Source: Octopus sinensis (lineage: Eukaryota). Taken from it: a stretch of 27,464 nucleotides of DNA. The notes beneath the pieces were generated by a model that saw only the letters and a program-made list of their open reading frames with translations, was not told the origin of the DNA and made no database searches. Each line of letters opens with the position of its first letter. The first letter of the stretch is position 1. Positions 1 to 11,038 of the stretch are shown here, piece by piece. The stretch spans positions 1 through 27,464 of the forward strand of contig NW_021827596.1 in assembly GCF_006345805.1 (NCBI RefSeq). The letters run 5' to 3'. The position numbers and the translations under genes were made by a program.

Positions 1-27
1 CTACAAGCTCACGCACACACGCGCATG

Positions 28-365
28 CGAGGGTGTAGCCAATAGAAACCAGAAATTTGCAATATTATTTTATTCACTTAGTTTTACACATTTACATTTT
101 TATCGTCTTCAAAGTAACCTCCATTTGAAACAATAGATCGGTCCAGGCGCGTTTTCTACAATTCGAAGCAGCCCTGGAATTCTTGCGAAGTGATGCCTTT
201 TAACACCTCCCTTGTTTTTTTTTTTCTTTCCCTATTCGAATAAGATCGGGTGAATAGTAAGGATGGATAGGCGGGGTCATGTTACTTTTGGTCAAAAACC
301 ATATCACACTCAAGGCGGTGTGCACAGGCGCATTGACATGATGAAACCACCACTCTCCACTCTCC
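28..365 (-). mobile_element. Mariner DNA transposon relic, 3' end (C-terminal transposase plus one TIR at ~28-58), internally deleted
   Basis: Minus strand reads WWFHHVNAPVHTALSV.WFLTKSNMTPPIHPYYSPDL (DNAP-H and HP.YSPDL motifs), then REVLKGITSQEFQGCFEL*KTRLDRSIVSNGGYFEDD, the typical mariner C-terminus. The terminus CGAGGGTGTAGCCAATAGAAACC resembles a mariner TIR. Homology ends at an (AAT)n tract. Confidence 0.85.
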
Positions 366-377
366 ATTGTGATGTTT

Positions 378-378
378 A

Positions 379-421
<43 letters not shown>

Positions 422-470
422 TAATAATAATAATAATAATAACAACAATAACAATGATAATAATAATAAT
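378..470. repeat. (AAT)n microsatellite
   Basis: Direct reading. Confidence 0.95.
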
Positions 471-593
471 ATATTGCAGAGATATGCTTGCATAACAAGT
501 CTGCTGAGACAAAAACAACTGCAGCGTGGAAGGTGTTCATAAGACATTTAAAGACATACACAAACCGTTAGATTCACTTCAACATTTAAATTT

Positions 594-1160
<567 letters not shown>

Positions 1161-1403
1161 ATATGTAGATATATTTGTATGTCTGTATTTATGTAAATTG
1201 ATAGGTAGACAGTTCTAGATATTTATAAGTATATGTATATGTGATATACAGTGTATTAAAATTTTCATTCTACCAATACAACCTTTAGTTTTACTTCACT
1301 TCTTTTATAGGTTGACTAAATGTTACGTCACTCTGCAATCACCTTTAACATTTTTGCTGAGTATATGTTTGCTTACGGTCTTTCTACAGACGCATGTATT
1401 ATA

Positions 1404-1424
1404 TTTGTGTGTGTGCACGCGTGT

Positions 1425-1463
<39 letters not shown>

Positions 1464-1520
1464 TGTGTGTGTGTGTGGTGTGTGTGTGTGTGTGTGTGTG
1501 GATGTGTGTTTGTGCGCGCG
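1404..1520. repeat. (TA)n/(TG)n microsatellite
   Basis: Direct reading. Confidence 0.95.
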
Positions 1521-1860
1521 AGCGTTTTTGTCTTTCCACATGTCCGTATCTCTTATTTTCGTGAATTTAGTCCTCTCGTCAATCAGGCAGGCCATATCAT
1601 CCACAATCAGTCTGCCATCTGTTTTCCTCATCACTTCAGTGCATACAATCGGTCATTTTACCAGTCTGGTGTCATAATACATACTTACATATTATAAATA
1701 TATCCACCGTGTTTCGAAGTTTTCAGTGCATTGCACTCAAAACTTAGAGCCATTTAACGATATGAAAGCAAGAAAAAAATATTTTCATTTCATAGTATAG
1801 GTGTGTATACAAAGACACATACATGCACACTCAGCACGCGTACGATTATGCATACTTTTG

Positions 1861-2287
1861 TTTACTCTTTTACTTGTTTCAGTCATCTGACTGCGGCCAT
1901 GCTGGAGAACCACCTTTAGTCGAGCAATTCTATTCCAGGATTTATTCTTTGGAAGCCTCAGTACTTATTCTATAGGTCTCTTTCGCCGAACCGCTAAGTT
2001 AAAGGGACGTAAACACACCAGCATCGGTTGTCAAGCGATGTTGGGGGGACAAACACAGACACACAAACATATACACACACATACATATATACATACACAT
2101 ACACACATATATATATACATATATATGACAAGCTTCTTTCAGTTTCCGTCTACCAAATCCACTTACAAGGCTTTAGCTGGGCCAAAGCTATAGTAGAAGA
2201 CACTTGCCCAAGGTGTCACACAGAGGGAATGAACCCGGAACCATGTGGTTGGTAAGCAAGCTACTTACCACACAGCCACGCCTATGC
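1861..2287 (-). mobile_element. tRNA-derived SINE family A (~430 bp, octopus type) with internal TA/TG microsatellite
   Basis: Reverse complement aligns end to end with the copies at 11872 and 14649. A-box-like TGGCTGTGTGG, B-box-like GGTTCATTCCC, tail ...TGAAACAAGTAAAAGAGT. Confidence 0.9.
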
Positions 2288-2457
2288 ATCTATTGCTAGT
2301 TAATTAGTTCTTTCAGATTTTGGCACAAGGATAGACAATAAATTTAGTAGGCGAGTTTTTTCAGTATTATCCACAAAAAATACTTGAAGGGGGTGGGGTG
2401 AAGAGTTTGTAATGGTTGCTAGAAATTTCCATACCGCCTTAATAATCAAATAAGGAT

Positions 2458-2657
2458 CTTTATTTCTTTATTGCTCACAGGGGACAAACAAGGACAGACA
2501 AAGGGATTAAGTCGGGTACATCAATCCCAGTGCGTAACTGGTATTTATGTAATCGACTCCGAAAGGATGAAAGACAAAGTCGACCTCGGCGGAATTTGAA
2601 CTCAAAACGTAACGGCATTTTGCCCGGCGTGCAAATGATTCTGCCAGCTCGCCGACC
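2458..2657 (-). mobile_element. SINE B1, left arm of an inverted duplication; 15-bp TSD (2443-2457 / 2658-2672)
   Basis: Head GGTCGGCGAGCTGGCAGAATC, B box GAGTTCAAATTCC and B1 tail on the minus strand. Flanked by TAAT(C/G)AAATAAGGAT direct repeats. Confidence 0.9.
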
Positions 2658-2802
2658 TAATGAAATAAGGATATTGACAAGGAAAATAATAAGAAAAGCT
2701 GAGCAAAACACAAACAGCAGAATATAAAGCAATGTCATATAGTTGGTGAACTGTCAGAATCGTTAGCGTGTCGGAGTAGTTGTCAATATCCTTATTTCAT
2801 TA

Positions 2803-3002
2803 GGTCGGCGAGCTGGCAGAATCATTTGCACGTCGGGCAAAATGCCGTTATGTTTTGAGTTCAAATTCTGCCGAGGTCGACTTTGCCTTTCAGCCTTTCG
2901 GAGTCAATTAAATAAGTACCAGTTATGCACTGGAGTCGATGTAAACGACTTAATCCCTTTGTCTGTCCTTGTTTGTCCCCTCTGAGCAATAAAGAAATAA
3001 AG
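2803..3002 (+). mobile_element. SINE B1, right arm of an inverted duplication; perfect 15-bp TSD
   Basis: ATCCTTATTTCATTA at 2788-2802 and 3003-3017 flanks the SINE. It carries the same internal deletion as the left copy. Confidence 0.9.
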
Positions 3003-3497
3003 ATCCTTATTTCATTATTAAGGCGGTATCGAAATTTCTAGCAACCATTACAAACTCTTCACCCCACACCTATCAACTCCTAATCTGTTATTGTCACAGC
3101 AGGAGTTTGTTTAAACTGGTCCCTTTCTTCCTCATTATAATGGGCTCCAATGATTACTTTAAATATATGAAGTAAAATCTAATGGGGTCTTGTTCCTTCG
3201 AGGTTTTTCTTACCTCGTCCGTGGACACTGAATTTTATTCCTGTTGCTATTAAGGGAGAACTACAGGAGTTTGCTGAAGCCCTGTGCATTGCCTTCACAG
3301 TTTCCGCTGTGACTATACGTACAAATAGGGGTTTTTTTGTTAGTCTTTCTGTGGGCATCCTGACGGCATGTTTATTTTAATAATCCGCGATAAACGGCGA
3401 ACAGCAGATAACCAGGTGTCAACTAGCTTTGTTTTTCTTAGACTTAACAACTGCACTAATTTCTAGATTTAGCATGGATTATTTTGATCGGTTAAAC

Positions 3498-3590
3498 ACC
3501 ACCACACTCACACACACACACACACATATATATATATTATATACATATATATACATATATATATATATACTATATTATATATATATATAT

Positions 3591-3654
<64 letters not shown>

Positions 3655-3663
3655 TATATACAT

Positions 3664-3699
<36 letters not shown>

Positions 3700-3715
3700 A
3701 CAGATACATACACAT
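3498..3715. repeat. (CA)n/(TA)n microsatellite
   Basis: Direct reading. Confidence 0.95.
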
Positions 3716-3895
3716 GTGTTCGCTAGCGGAAATACTTATCTCCTATATTACAAATAGAACTTAGTTCACTCAAATATTCTATCAAAACAATTAGCGTATT
3801 TTCATGCTTTTCTTCTTATATATACCTACATATATATACACGTGTGTATGTGTGTGTATGTATAGTATGATATTATATAATATTATATGATGTAT

Positions 3896-4105
3896 GGGTT
3901 TCAAATTTCGGCACAAGGCCAGCAATTTGGAGGAAAGCGTGTAGGCAATGACATCAACTCTGTACTTAACCAGTACTGTTATCGACCCCGAAGGGATGAA
4001 ACGCAAAGTCAACTTCGGGGGAATTTGAACTCAGAATATAAAGACAGACGAATTGCTGCTAAGCATTTTACCCGTCGTACTAACGTTTCTGCCAGCCAGC
4101 TGCCT
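3896..4105 (-). mobile_element. SINE B2 (B-type head, alternative tail ...AATTGCTGGCCTTGTGCC.AAATTTGAAACC), diverged
   Basis: Minus strand shows head GGCAGCTGGCTGGCAGAAACGTTAG, B box GAGTTCAAATTCC and the B2 tail. Confidence 0.8.
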
Positions 4106-4234
4106 TAGCTAGATTAACTAAAGATTATACATACATTGATGCAAACCGACACGAATGGGATTCCTGTAGATCCGTTTGACGCTAAAATTGATGTTTAAGC
4201 GACTGAACACTCTTGTGGCACACATACAAAGTGG

Positions 4235-4410
4235 TTATGCATGACTCAGCATGTGACAAATACAGGTACTACTCTTTCAAATACAGGTACTACTCAGCTG
4301 AGTGGACTGGGGCAACGGGAAATAAAGTGTTTTGCTCAAGGACACAACGCATCGCCAGACGTCGAACTCACGATCGTCAGCCAAGTACCCTAAGCACTTA
4401 GCCACTCTCC
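4235..4410 (-). mobile_element. tRNA-derived SINE family C fragment
   Basis: Minus strand: A box TGGCTAAGTGC, B box GAGTTCGAC, then GTTGTGTCCTTGAGCAAAACACTT. Related to the 7225-7525 copy. Confidence 0.7.
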
Positions 4411-4412
4411 TT

Positions 4413-4521
4413 CACACACACACAAACACACACACACACACACACCCACACACACACATACACATGTGCATGTGCATATAAATAATATATACATACATAC
4501 ACATATATATATACATTATAT

Positions 4522-4570
<49 letters not shown>

Positions 4571-4654
4571 GAAATATAGATATATATACATACATATATA
4601 TATATATATATATAGAAATATACATATATATACATAAATATATAATATATATAT

Positions 4655-4725
<71 letters not shown>

Positions 4726-4805
4726 TATATATATATATTATATATATACGTATATATATATAATATATATATATATATTATATGTGTGTGTGTGTCTGTG
4801 TCTGT
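4413..4805. repeat. (CA)n/(TA)n/(TG)n compound microsatellite
   Basis: Direct reading. Confidence 0.95.
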
Positions 4806-4994
4806 AGGTTTTTTTTCGCATTCATATATTAAATAATTTAGATCTTAAATATAAAAATATGAACCATTATTTTATGCTAATTTAGTGCGTGTGTTTTTAT
4901 TGGCTAAACTGGCAATATGACCATCCGAAATATAACAATATCTGTTTCAACACACGACTTCACATAAAAAATCTTGCACAACGATATTTAAACG

Positions 4995-5012
4995 TATATA
5001 TATATAATATAT

Positions 5013-5059
<47 letters not shown>

Positions 5060-5100
5060 TGTGTGTGTAGTATGTATGTTATATGTATGTGTATGTATAT
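4995..5100. repeat. (TA)n/(TG)n microsatellite
   Basis: Direct reading. Confidence 0.9.
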
Positions 5101-5366
5101 ACGAAGGTGGACAGGAGAAGCAAACATTAGGACAGGCAAAAAGAGACGAGTCATTCGTGGCCTTTTCTCATTTCATTCCTTTCCTGTTATTTTGTTTATC
5201 CCTCATTTCCCGCTCTGTTGCGCTTTTATCTCCTATTCAGCAAAAGATGCGGGTCAATATTCATCACATGCGTAGGACCACCGGGTCTGGTATGACTAAT
5301 AGAGGCATTGATGAGATCGGTTAATTGTTTGGTAACGTTAGTTAGTTATTGTTCTATTAGATTCAA

Positions 5367-5428
5367 GGCGACGAGCTGACAGAATCATCAGCACAACGGG
5401 CAAAATACTTAGCGGCATTTCGTCCGTC
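5367..5428 (+). mobile_element. SINE B-type head fragment (A box only), truncated at a fold-back junction
   Basis: GGCGACGAGCTGACAGAATCATCAGCACAACGGGCAAAATACTTAGCGGCATTTCGTCCGTC matches the B head. Confidence 0.75.
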
Positions 5429-5453
5429 GACACAGAAATAAAAGACGGACGAA

Positions 5454-6418
5454 ATACCTATTTCTTTACTACCTACAAGGGACTTAAACACAGAGAGGAC
5501 AAACAATGACAGACAAACGGAGTAAGTCGATTATATCGACCCCAGTGCGTAACTGGTACTTATTTAATCGACCCCCGTAAGGATGAAAGGCAAAGTCGAC
5601 CTCGGCGGAATTTGAACTCAGAACGTAGCAGCAGACAAAATACCTATTTCTTTATTACCCACAAGGGGCTAACACAGAGGGGACAAACAAGAACAGACAA
5701 ACGGATTAAGTCGATTATATCGACCCATTGCGTAACTGGTACTTATTTAATCGACCCCCGAAAGAATGAAAGGCAAAGTCGACCTCGGCGGATTTGAACT
5801 CAGAACGTAGCAGCAGACAAAATACCTATTTCTTTATTACCACAAGGGGCTAAACACAGAGAGGACAAACAAGGACAGACAAAGGGATTAAGTCGATATA
5901 TCGACCCCAGTGCGTAACTGGTACTTATTTAATCGACCCCAAAGAATGAAAGGCAAAGTCGACCTCGGCGGAATTTGAACTCAGAACGTAGCAGCAGACA
6001 AAATGCCTATTTCTTTATTACCCACAAGGGGCTAAACACAGAGAGGACAAACAATGACAAACGGATTAAGTCGATTATATCGACCCCAGTGCGTACTGGT
6101 ACCAATTTAATCGACCCCTCGAAAGAATGAAAGGCAAAGTCGACCTCGGCGGAATTTGAACTCAGAACGTAGCAGCAGACAAAATACCTATTTCTTTATT
6201 ACCCACAAGGGGCTAAACACAGAGAGGGCAAACAATGACAGACAAACGGATTAAGTCGATTATATCGACCTCAGTGCGTAACTGGTACTTATTTAATCGA
6301 CCCCCGAAAGAATGAAAGGCAAAGTCGACCTCGGTGGAATTTGAACTCAGAACGTAGCGGCAGACGAAATACTGGTAAGCATTTTGCCCGGCGTGCTAAC
6401 GTTTCTACCAGCTTGTCG
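5454..6418 (-). mobile_element. Tandem pentamer of SINE B1: one headed copy plus four headless ~182-bp units
   Basis: Unit boundaries (ATACCTATTTCTTT) at ~5454, 5640, 5822, 6003 and 6184, giving periods of 186/182/181/181. The tRNA head is present only at ~6365-6418. Confidence 0.95.
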
Positions 6419-6509
6419 AATTCAGTTATCTCCTGTATTACAAATTAAACTTGTTTTACGCATATAGATCTATCGAAATAATTAAGATATTTTTATGCTT
6501 TTCTTCTTA

Positions 6510-7007
6510 CAGTGAACCCTCGGTTATCGTGGTAGATTGGTTCCGAAACCGGTCGCGATAAGTGAATTTCCGCGAAGTAAGGACACCATATTTACAGTAT
6601 TTATTTAATGTGTATTTGGAGTATTAAAACCCTCCCTGTACTGTTAACAACCCACCCATTGCAGTAGTCTATTAATAACAAGGACAACTGTTAAGCAATT
6701 ACACTTTAGATTTTAAAAATTAAGATTGTTACTGTTACACAGACCAGATTGCAAAATAGAAAGCTGTGATTCGTCGTCTCTCTCCATTGCACCAATCACA
6801 GCCCATCTTAAGTTCAAATACCTCTGTATATGCATTTTTGCTATTTTACGCTTGCTTTGTTGTTCCTAGACTAGGAAATAATATTTATTATTAATATTTT
6901 AATGGATTTAATGAAACATTTTAGGCGCTCATATATATATATATTTTGAAAATCTGCGAAGTCGTGAAACCGCGATAGTTGAAGCTCGAAGTGGCGAGGG
7001 ATCACTG
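6510..7007. mobile_element. pogo/Tigger-like non-autonomous TIR element (MITE), 498 bp, TA target duplication
   Basis: TA|CAGTGAACCCTCG...CGAGGGATCACTG|TA. Imperfect TIRs CAGTGA.CCCTCG, CGCG-rich subterminal motifs and no coding capacity. Confidence 0.85.
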
Positions 7008-7224
7008 TATCTTAACCACAAAACCATGTCTTTGTGCCATCAGATTTTCTTATAAATTCCCTATATTTAAACGAGCGAGGAATTTGTGAATTCCGTACAA
7101 GCATTTCTTGTTGGTATAACTGCACCGTGTTATTGGAAAATGACTGATGAGCGAAAAACACAGTTTAACTATCGTTTTTCTTAGCTACAACATAGCTAAC
7201 GCAGTATTCACTTAAATCTTCAAT

Positions 7225-7525
7225 AAATACGGTGTGTATATTGTGATCACGTGATCGACCAACCTATCGGATATTATACATCGCTGGCCACATTGTGCTT
7301 TGCATCGTTTAAGCCTTCGAATGAGGCCTGCCTCCTGGCTAGGAGACCAGACCAACTTCTCCCACCCCATCCAATCGGAAATTAGTCCGTTACGGTGTTA
7401 CCGATTTACCGCAACATGAATTCAAGTGTTTTGACGAAGAACACAACCCGCGACTCGATCCGGGAATCGAACCGCAATCGCTAAATAATGAGCGCAACAC
7501 ACTAACCTCTAGGACAAGTGCCCTT
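7225..7525 (-). mobile_element. tRNA-derived SINE family C, diverged near-full copy
   Basis: Minus strand has a perfect B box GGTTCGATTCC (7463-7473), an A-box-like TGTCCTAGAGG and core GTTGTGTTCTTCGTCAAAACACTT. Confidence 0.75.
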
Positions 7526-7939
7526 ACCGTGCACATCGTAATCGTCAGTAAATTATTTCTTGTATTGTTCTAGTTCCATTCTATCATTCGGATTATGGTG
7601 TTCGTTCGAAATATCGAAATATATCTTCAGATATTAAAAGCGGAGTAACGAAGTAGAGCAACGGTGATGGTGGTGGTGGTGGTGGTAGAGAAGGAGGAGG
7701 AATGGTGTGTGAGAGTGAAACACTGTGGCGGTGGTGGTGATGGTGTTGAGGATGGGGGGTGGAGCAGGAATGGTGTGTGAGAGTGAAGCACTGTTTATTG
7801 AGACCAGATTAAGGAATTCTCTATTAAAACTTGAAATGACTTCACACAAACTCAAATATTAAATTCAGCAGATGTAAACCGTCATAAACAATTATATGGT
7901 AATATCCCCGGAGGGAAGGAAGTGTGTGGGTGTATTGTA

Positions 7940-8363
7940 TACACACACACACACGTACAATAAATATATATATATATATATATGTGTGTATATATATATA
8001 CACACACAGAGACACAAACACAAATAATATATACAATATACACACACTTGCACACACACACATACATACATATGTATAATTATATATTTATAATTAAAGA
8101 TATATGTGTACATATATGTATACATATGTGTATGCATATATGCATATATGTATATATATACGCATATATGCAAGTATATATATGCATACATATATGTGTA
8201 TAATATATACAATATACACACACTTGCACACATACACATACATCCATATATATATTTATATATATATAATTAAACATATATGTATACATATGTGTATACA
8301 TATATGTATATTTATGCACACATATATATGCAAGTAAATATATGTATACATATTTGTGTATGC

Positions 8364-8396
<33 letters not shown>

Positions 8397-8420
8397 TACA
8401 TACACATATGTGTGTATCCG
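7940..8420. repeat. Complex TA/CA/TATG microsatellite containing a ~176-bp internal duplication
   Basis: AATATATACAATATACACACACTTGCACACA at 8026 and 8202. Confidence 0.85.
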
Positions 8421-10339
8421 TCGTTGTATGTAGGTTTGTACGAATGTTTGCAAGTATGTGAGGGGGAGAGGGGGAGAAAGAGGAGGAGGAGAGAGTGGTA
8501 ATTAGTCGAGAGAAAAGATGTACATCATATATGAAGGTCAAACCACAACAGTCAGTCATTATTAGATGAAATGAACTTCATGTCAAAATCGAAGTAAGCT
8601 AGATTTCTGACCTACAAAGGTGTGCAATTTCAACCGACAAACTAATTAGACATTATGGGAGAAAAGGTTTGGATTGTTCACTGTGTTGATTGCATATTCA
8701 TGTTATAGAAATTTAGTGTCATTTAACCAGAGAATTCACATTCAATCATGGTTTTCCTTTTATTTTCGCCATACATATAGCGGGGGATCATTCGATTCGT
8801 CTGTCGATAAAACCCTCTGCCATCCGCATCAACTGATGCGAATTGCAGAATTTGGTGATTAACGACTCCCCGAACGCACAATGCGGCTCTTAGATCCCAT
8901 CGTTCGAACAGACACGGAAACAACTGTGTGGTAAGCAGCTGTCTAATGATTGAAGCAAGCAAAAGATCTGGAAACCATCCGCGTGAATTAAAATTTAGAG
9001 CGGTTTTATATTAAGTACCACTTGATTTGCCGTACTCCAGTGAGAAAGCACCGCGTGAATTAATCGGAAATCCAGACCGCTTACATCCACACTGAACACA
9101 ATTAAAATGAAGACTTTAATTTGTAATTCTTTTAGTTTAACACATAAAGCTCGACTGGCCACGAACGTGGCCCTCACGCCGCGATCATAGCCCATATAGA
9201 TGTATTTAATTTATAGGTATCTGTTGGGGTCTACTGTCACTCAAATGCTCCGATGCCCCCCAGAATGCGAGAGGACTAATAGTTCAACTAATGACTTTTC
9301 AAATGATGTAAAACTTGCCACCATTATATACTAAGAAGATATTTTAACTATTTTTTTTGTTTTTTTTTATGTGTGTATGGTAGTCTCATTTTCATAAAAT
9401 GTCCCCAGCATGCAAATCCCAGCCCTTTATGTGTTAAAGAGGTTGTTGAGAAATCTCAACGACACTGAATTATATTTCTGACCAACTTAATTTCTCATAA
9501 TCTCAATTATTTTACTATAATTAATACGCAGCCATAATTAAATAAGTTTCAGCGACAGAGAGAAGTGTATTTTGCACCAAAATCGAATATGGGAGTTTCT
9601 CTCGTGATATCTATCACAGTATAATTTGTTCTAACAGAACACCCACGTATAAGTGGCATAAATATAACCTTTCGTTATTAATACTGCTTCTGTCGCTTTT
9701 ATATATACTTTAACAAACTCCCAGAGCTAATCGTAACACCAGCTTCTGTTCTGACACTTTCTTAATATATGGTTGGCGAGGAGACGAGTCGCTGCTATCT
9801 CTAGCGATTGAACGTCCAGCATTGATAAAACCAAGGAAGGCCGAAATCAAGTGATCTGGTGACCTCAGTACTGGAGATGGCGTGGATTTCTCTCCCCACC
9901 AGCGATATAAGCAAGAGCGAATTTTACACCAAAAGCCAAATTGAGAGTTTCTCTCAAGGTATTTTCCGCAGTATAGTTTGTCCTAACAGAACATAACCGT
10001 TTAAGTGAGGGATAAATAATAGTACCTATTAGTTTTATATATGAAGCATATACATTCATTACACCCGTATTTGCCTTATTCTACAATGCTTGACGTGAAA
10101 TAGTGTTTTCCCCACACCACATCAATAGTCAGTTTGGTCCTTTGGAATTCCACGTCTACCGTTTTCTTCGTCATCAGCTGTTGACCTACAGCTGTTCAGC
10201 TTTCGATGTTTAATGTCAGCTGTTTCAAATGGCCTGTGAATGCTAATTCCCAGGGCTCTTTGCTTTCCAATCCAACCCTTTGATTAAAGAAAGAGAAAAA
10301 CCCTATAGCGGGAAAAAAATGAACCTAATATCGGTTCTA

Positions 10340-10409
10340 CTATTATTATCATTATTATTATTATCATTATTATTATTATTATTAGATTAGTAGTAGTAGT
10401 AGTAGTGGT

Positions 10410-10450
<41 letters not shown>

Positions 10451-10500
10451 TATAGTAGTATTGTTGTTGTTGTTGTTGTTCTTTTGTTAGTATTATTATA
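10340..10500. repeat. Compound trinucleotide repeat (ATT/AGT/GCA/TTG)
   Basis: Direct reading. Confidence 0.9.
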
Positions 10501-10589
10501 TTTGAGATAATAATATTTTTACTACTAATAACCCACAACATGCAAAATATTCTTCTCCATAACATTAAGAATAAGGCTCAGCTATTGAA

Positions 10590-11005
10590 ACAATGATGAA
10601 AGATAAATGATGAGGATGGTGTGGTCTGTAGCCTTTGTTAATGACAATTACGACGACGACGACGATGACGATGACAACAATGTTGATAACGATAATGATG
10701 ATGATGATAATGTTATTATAATGAAGATGATGATGATGACGATGACGATGACGATGCTAATGTTTATGAAGACGGTGACGATGATGATGATATGATGATG
10801 ATGATGATGATGATGGCAATGTTTATGAAGATTGTGATGACAACGATAATGATGATGATGTTGATGATGATGGTAATGTTTATGAAGACGGTGATGATGA
10901 TGATGATGATTATAATGATGTCGATCATGATGATGATGATTATGATGATAACCACGATGATAATATGATGATGATGATGGCAATGTTTAAGAAGATGGTG
11001 GTGAC

Positions 11006-11038
<33 letters not shown>

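Noticed and set aside
1520-1680. Minus-strand peptide MRKTDGRLIVDDMACLIDERTKFTKIRDTDMWKDK looks protein-like
   Set aside because: No recognisable family or splice sites, and it runs straight into a microsatellite.
3300-3420. Minus-strand HAVRMPTERLTKK resembles a LINE RT C-terminal motif
   Set aside because: The match is too short, and the flanking frame shows no further recognisable similarity. It would need tBLASTn.
4258-4295. 17-bp direct repeat AAATACAGGTACTACTC with a 4-bp spacer
   Set aside because: Ordinary small tandem duplication within a decayed SINE.
5454-6418. Regular ~182-bp repeats as a CRISPR array or tRNA gene cluster
   Set aside because: The units are contiguous SINE bodies with no unique spacers and no cas genes. 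There is no complete cloverleaf, and the A box is absent from four of five units.
7693-7794. 34-bp direct repeat at an offset of 68 bp in a GGT-rich tract
   Set aside because: Routine slippage duplication in low-complexity DNA.
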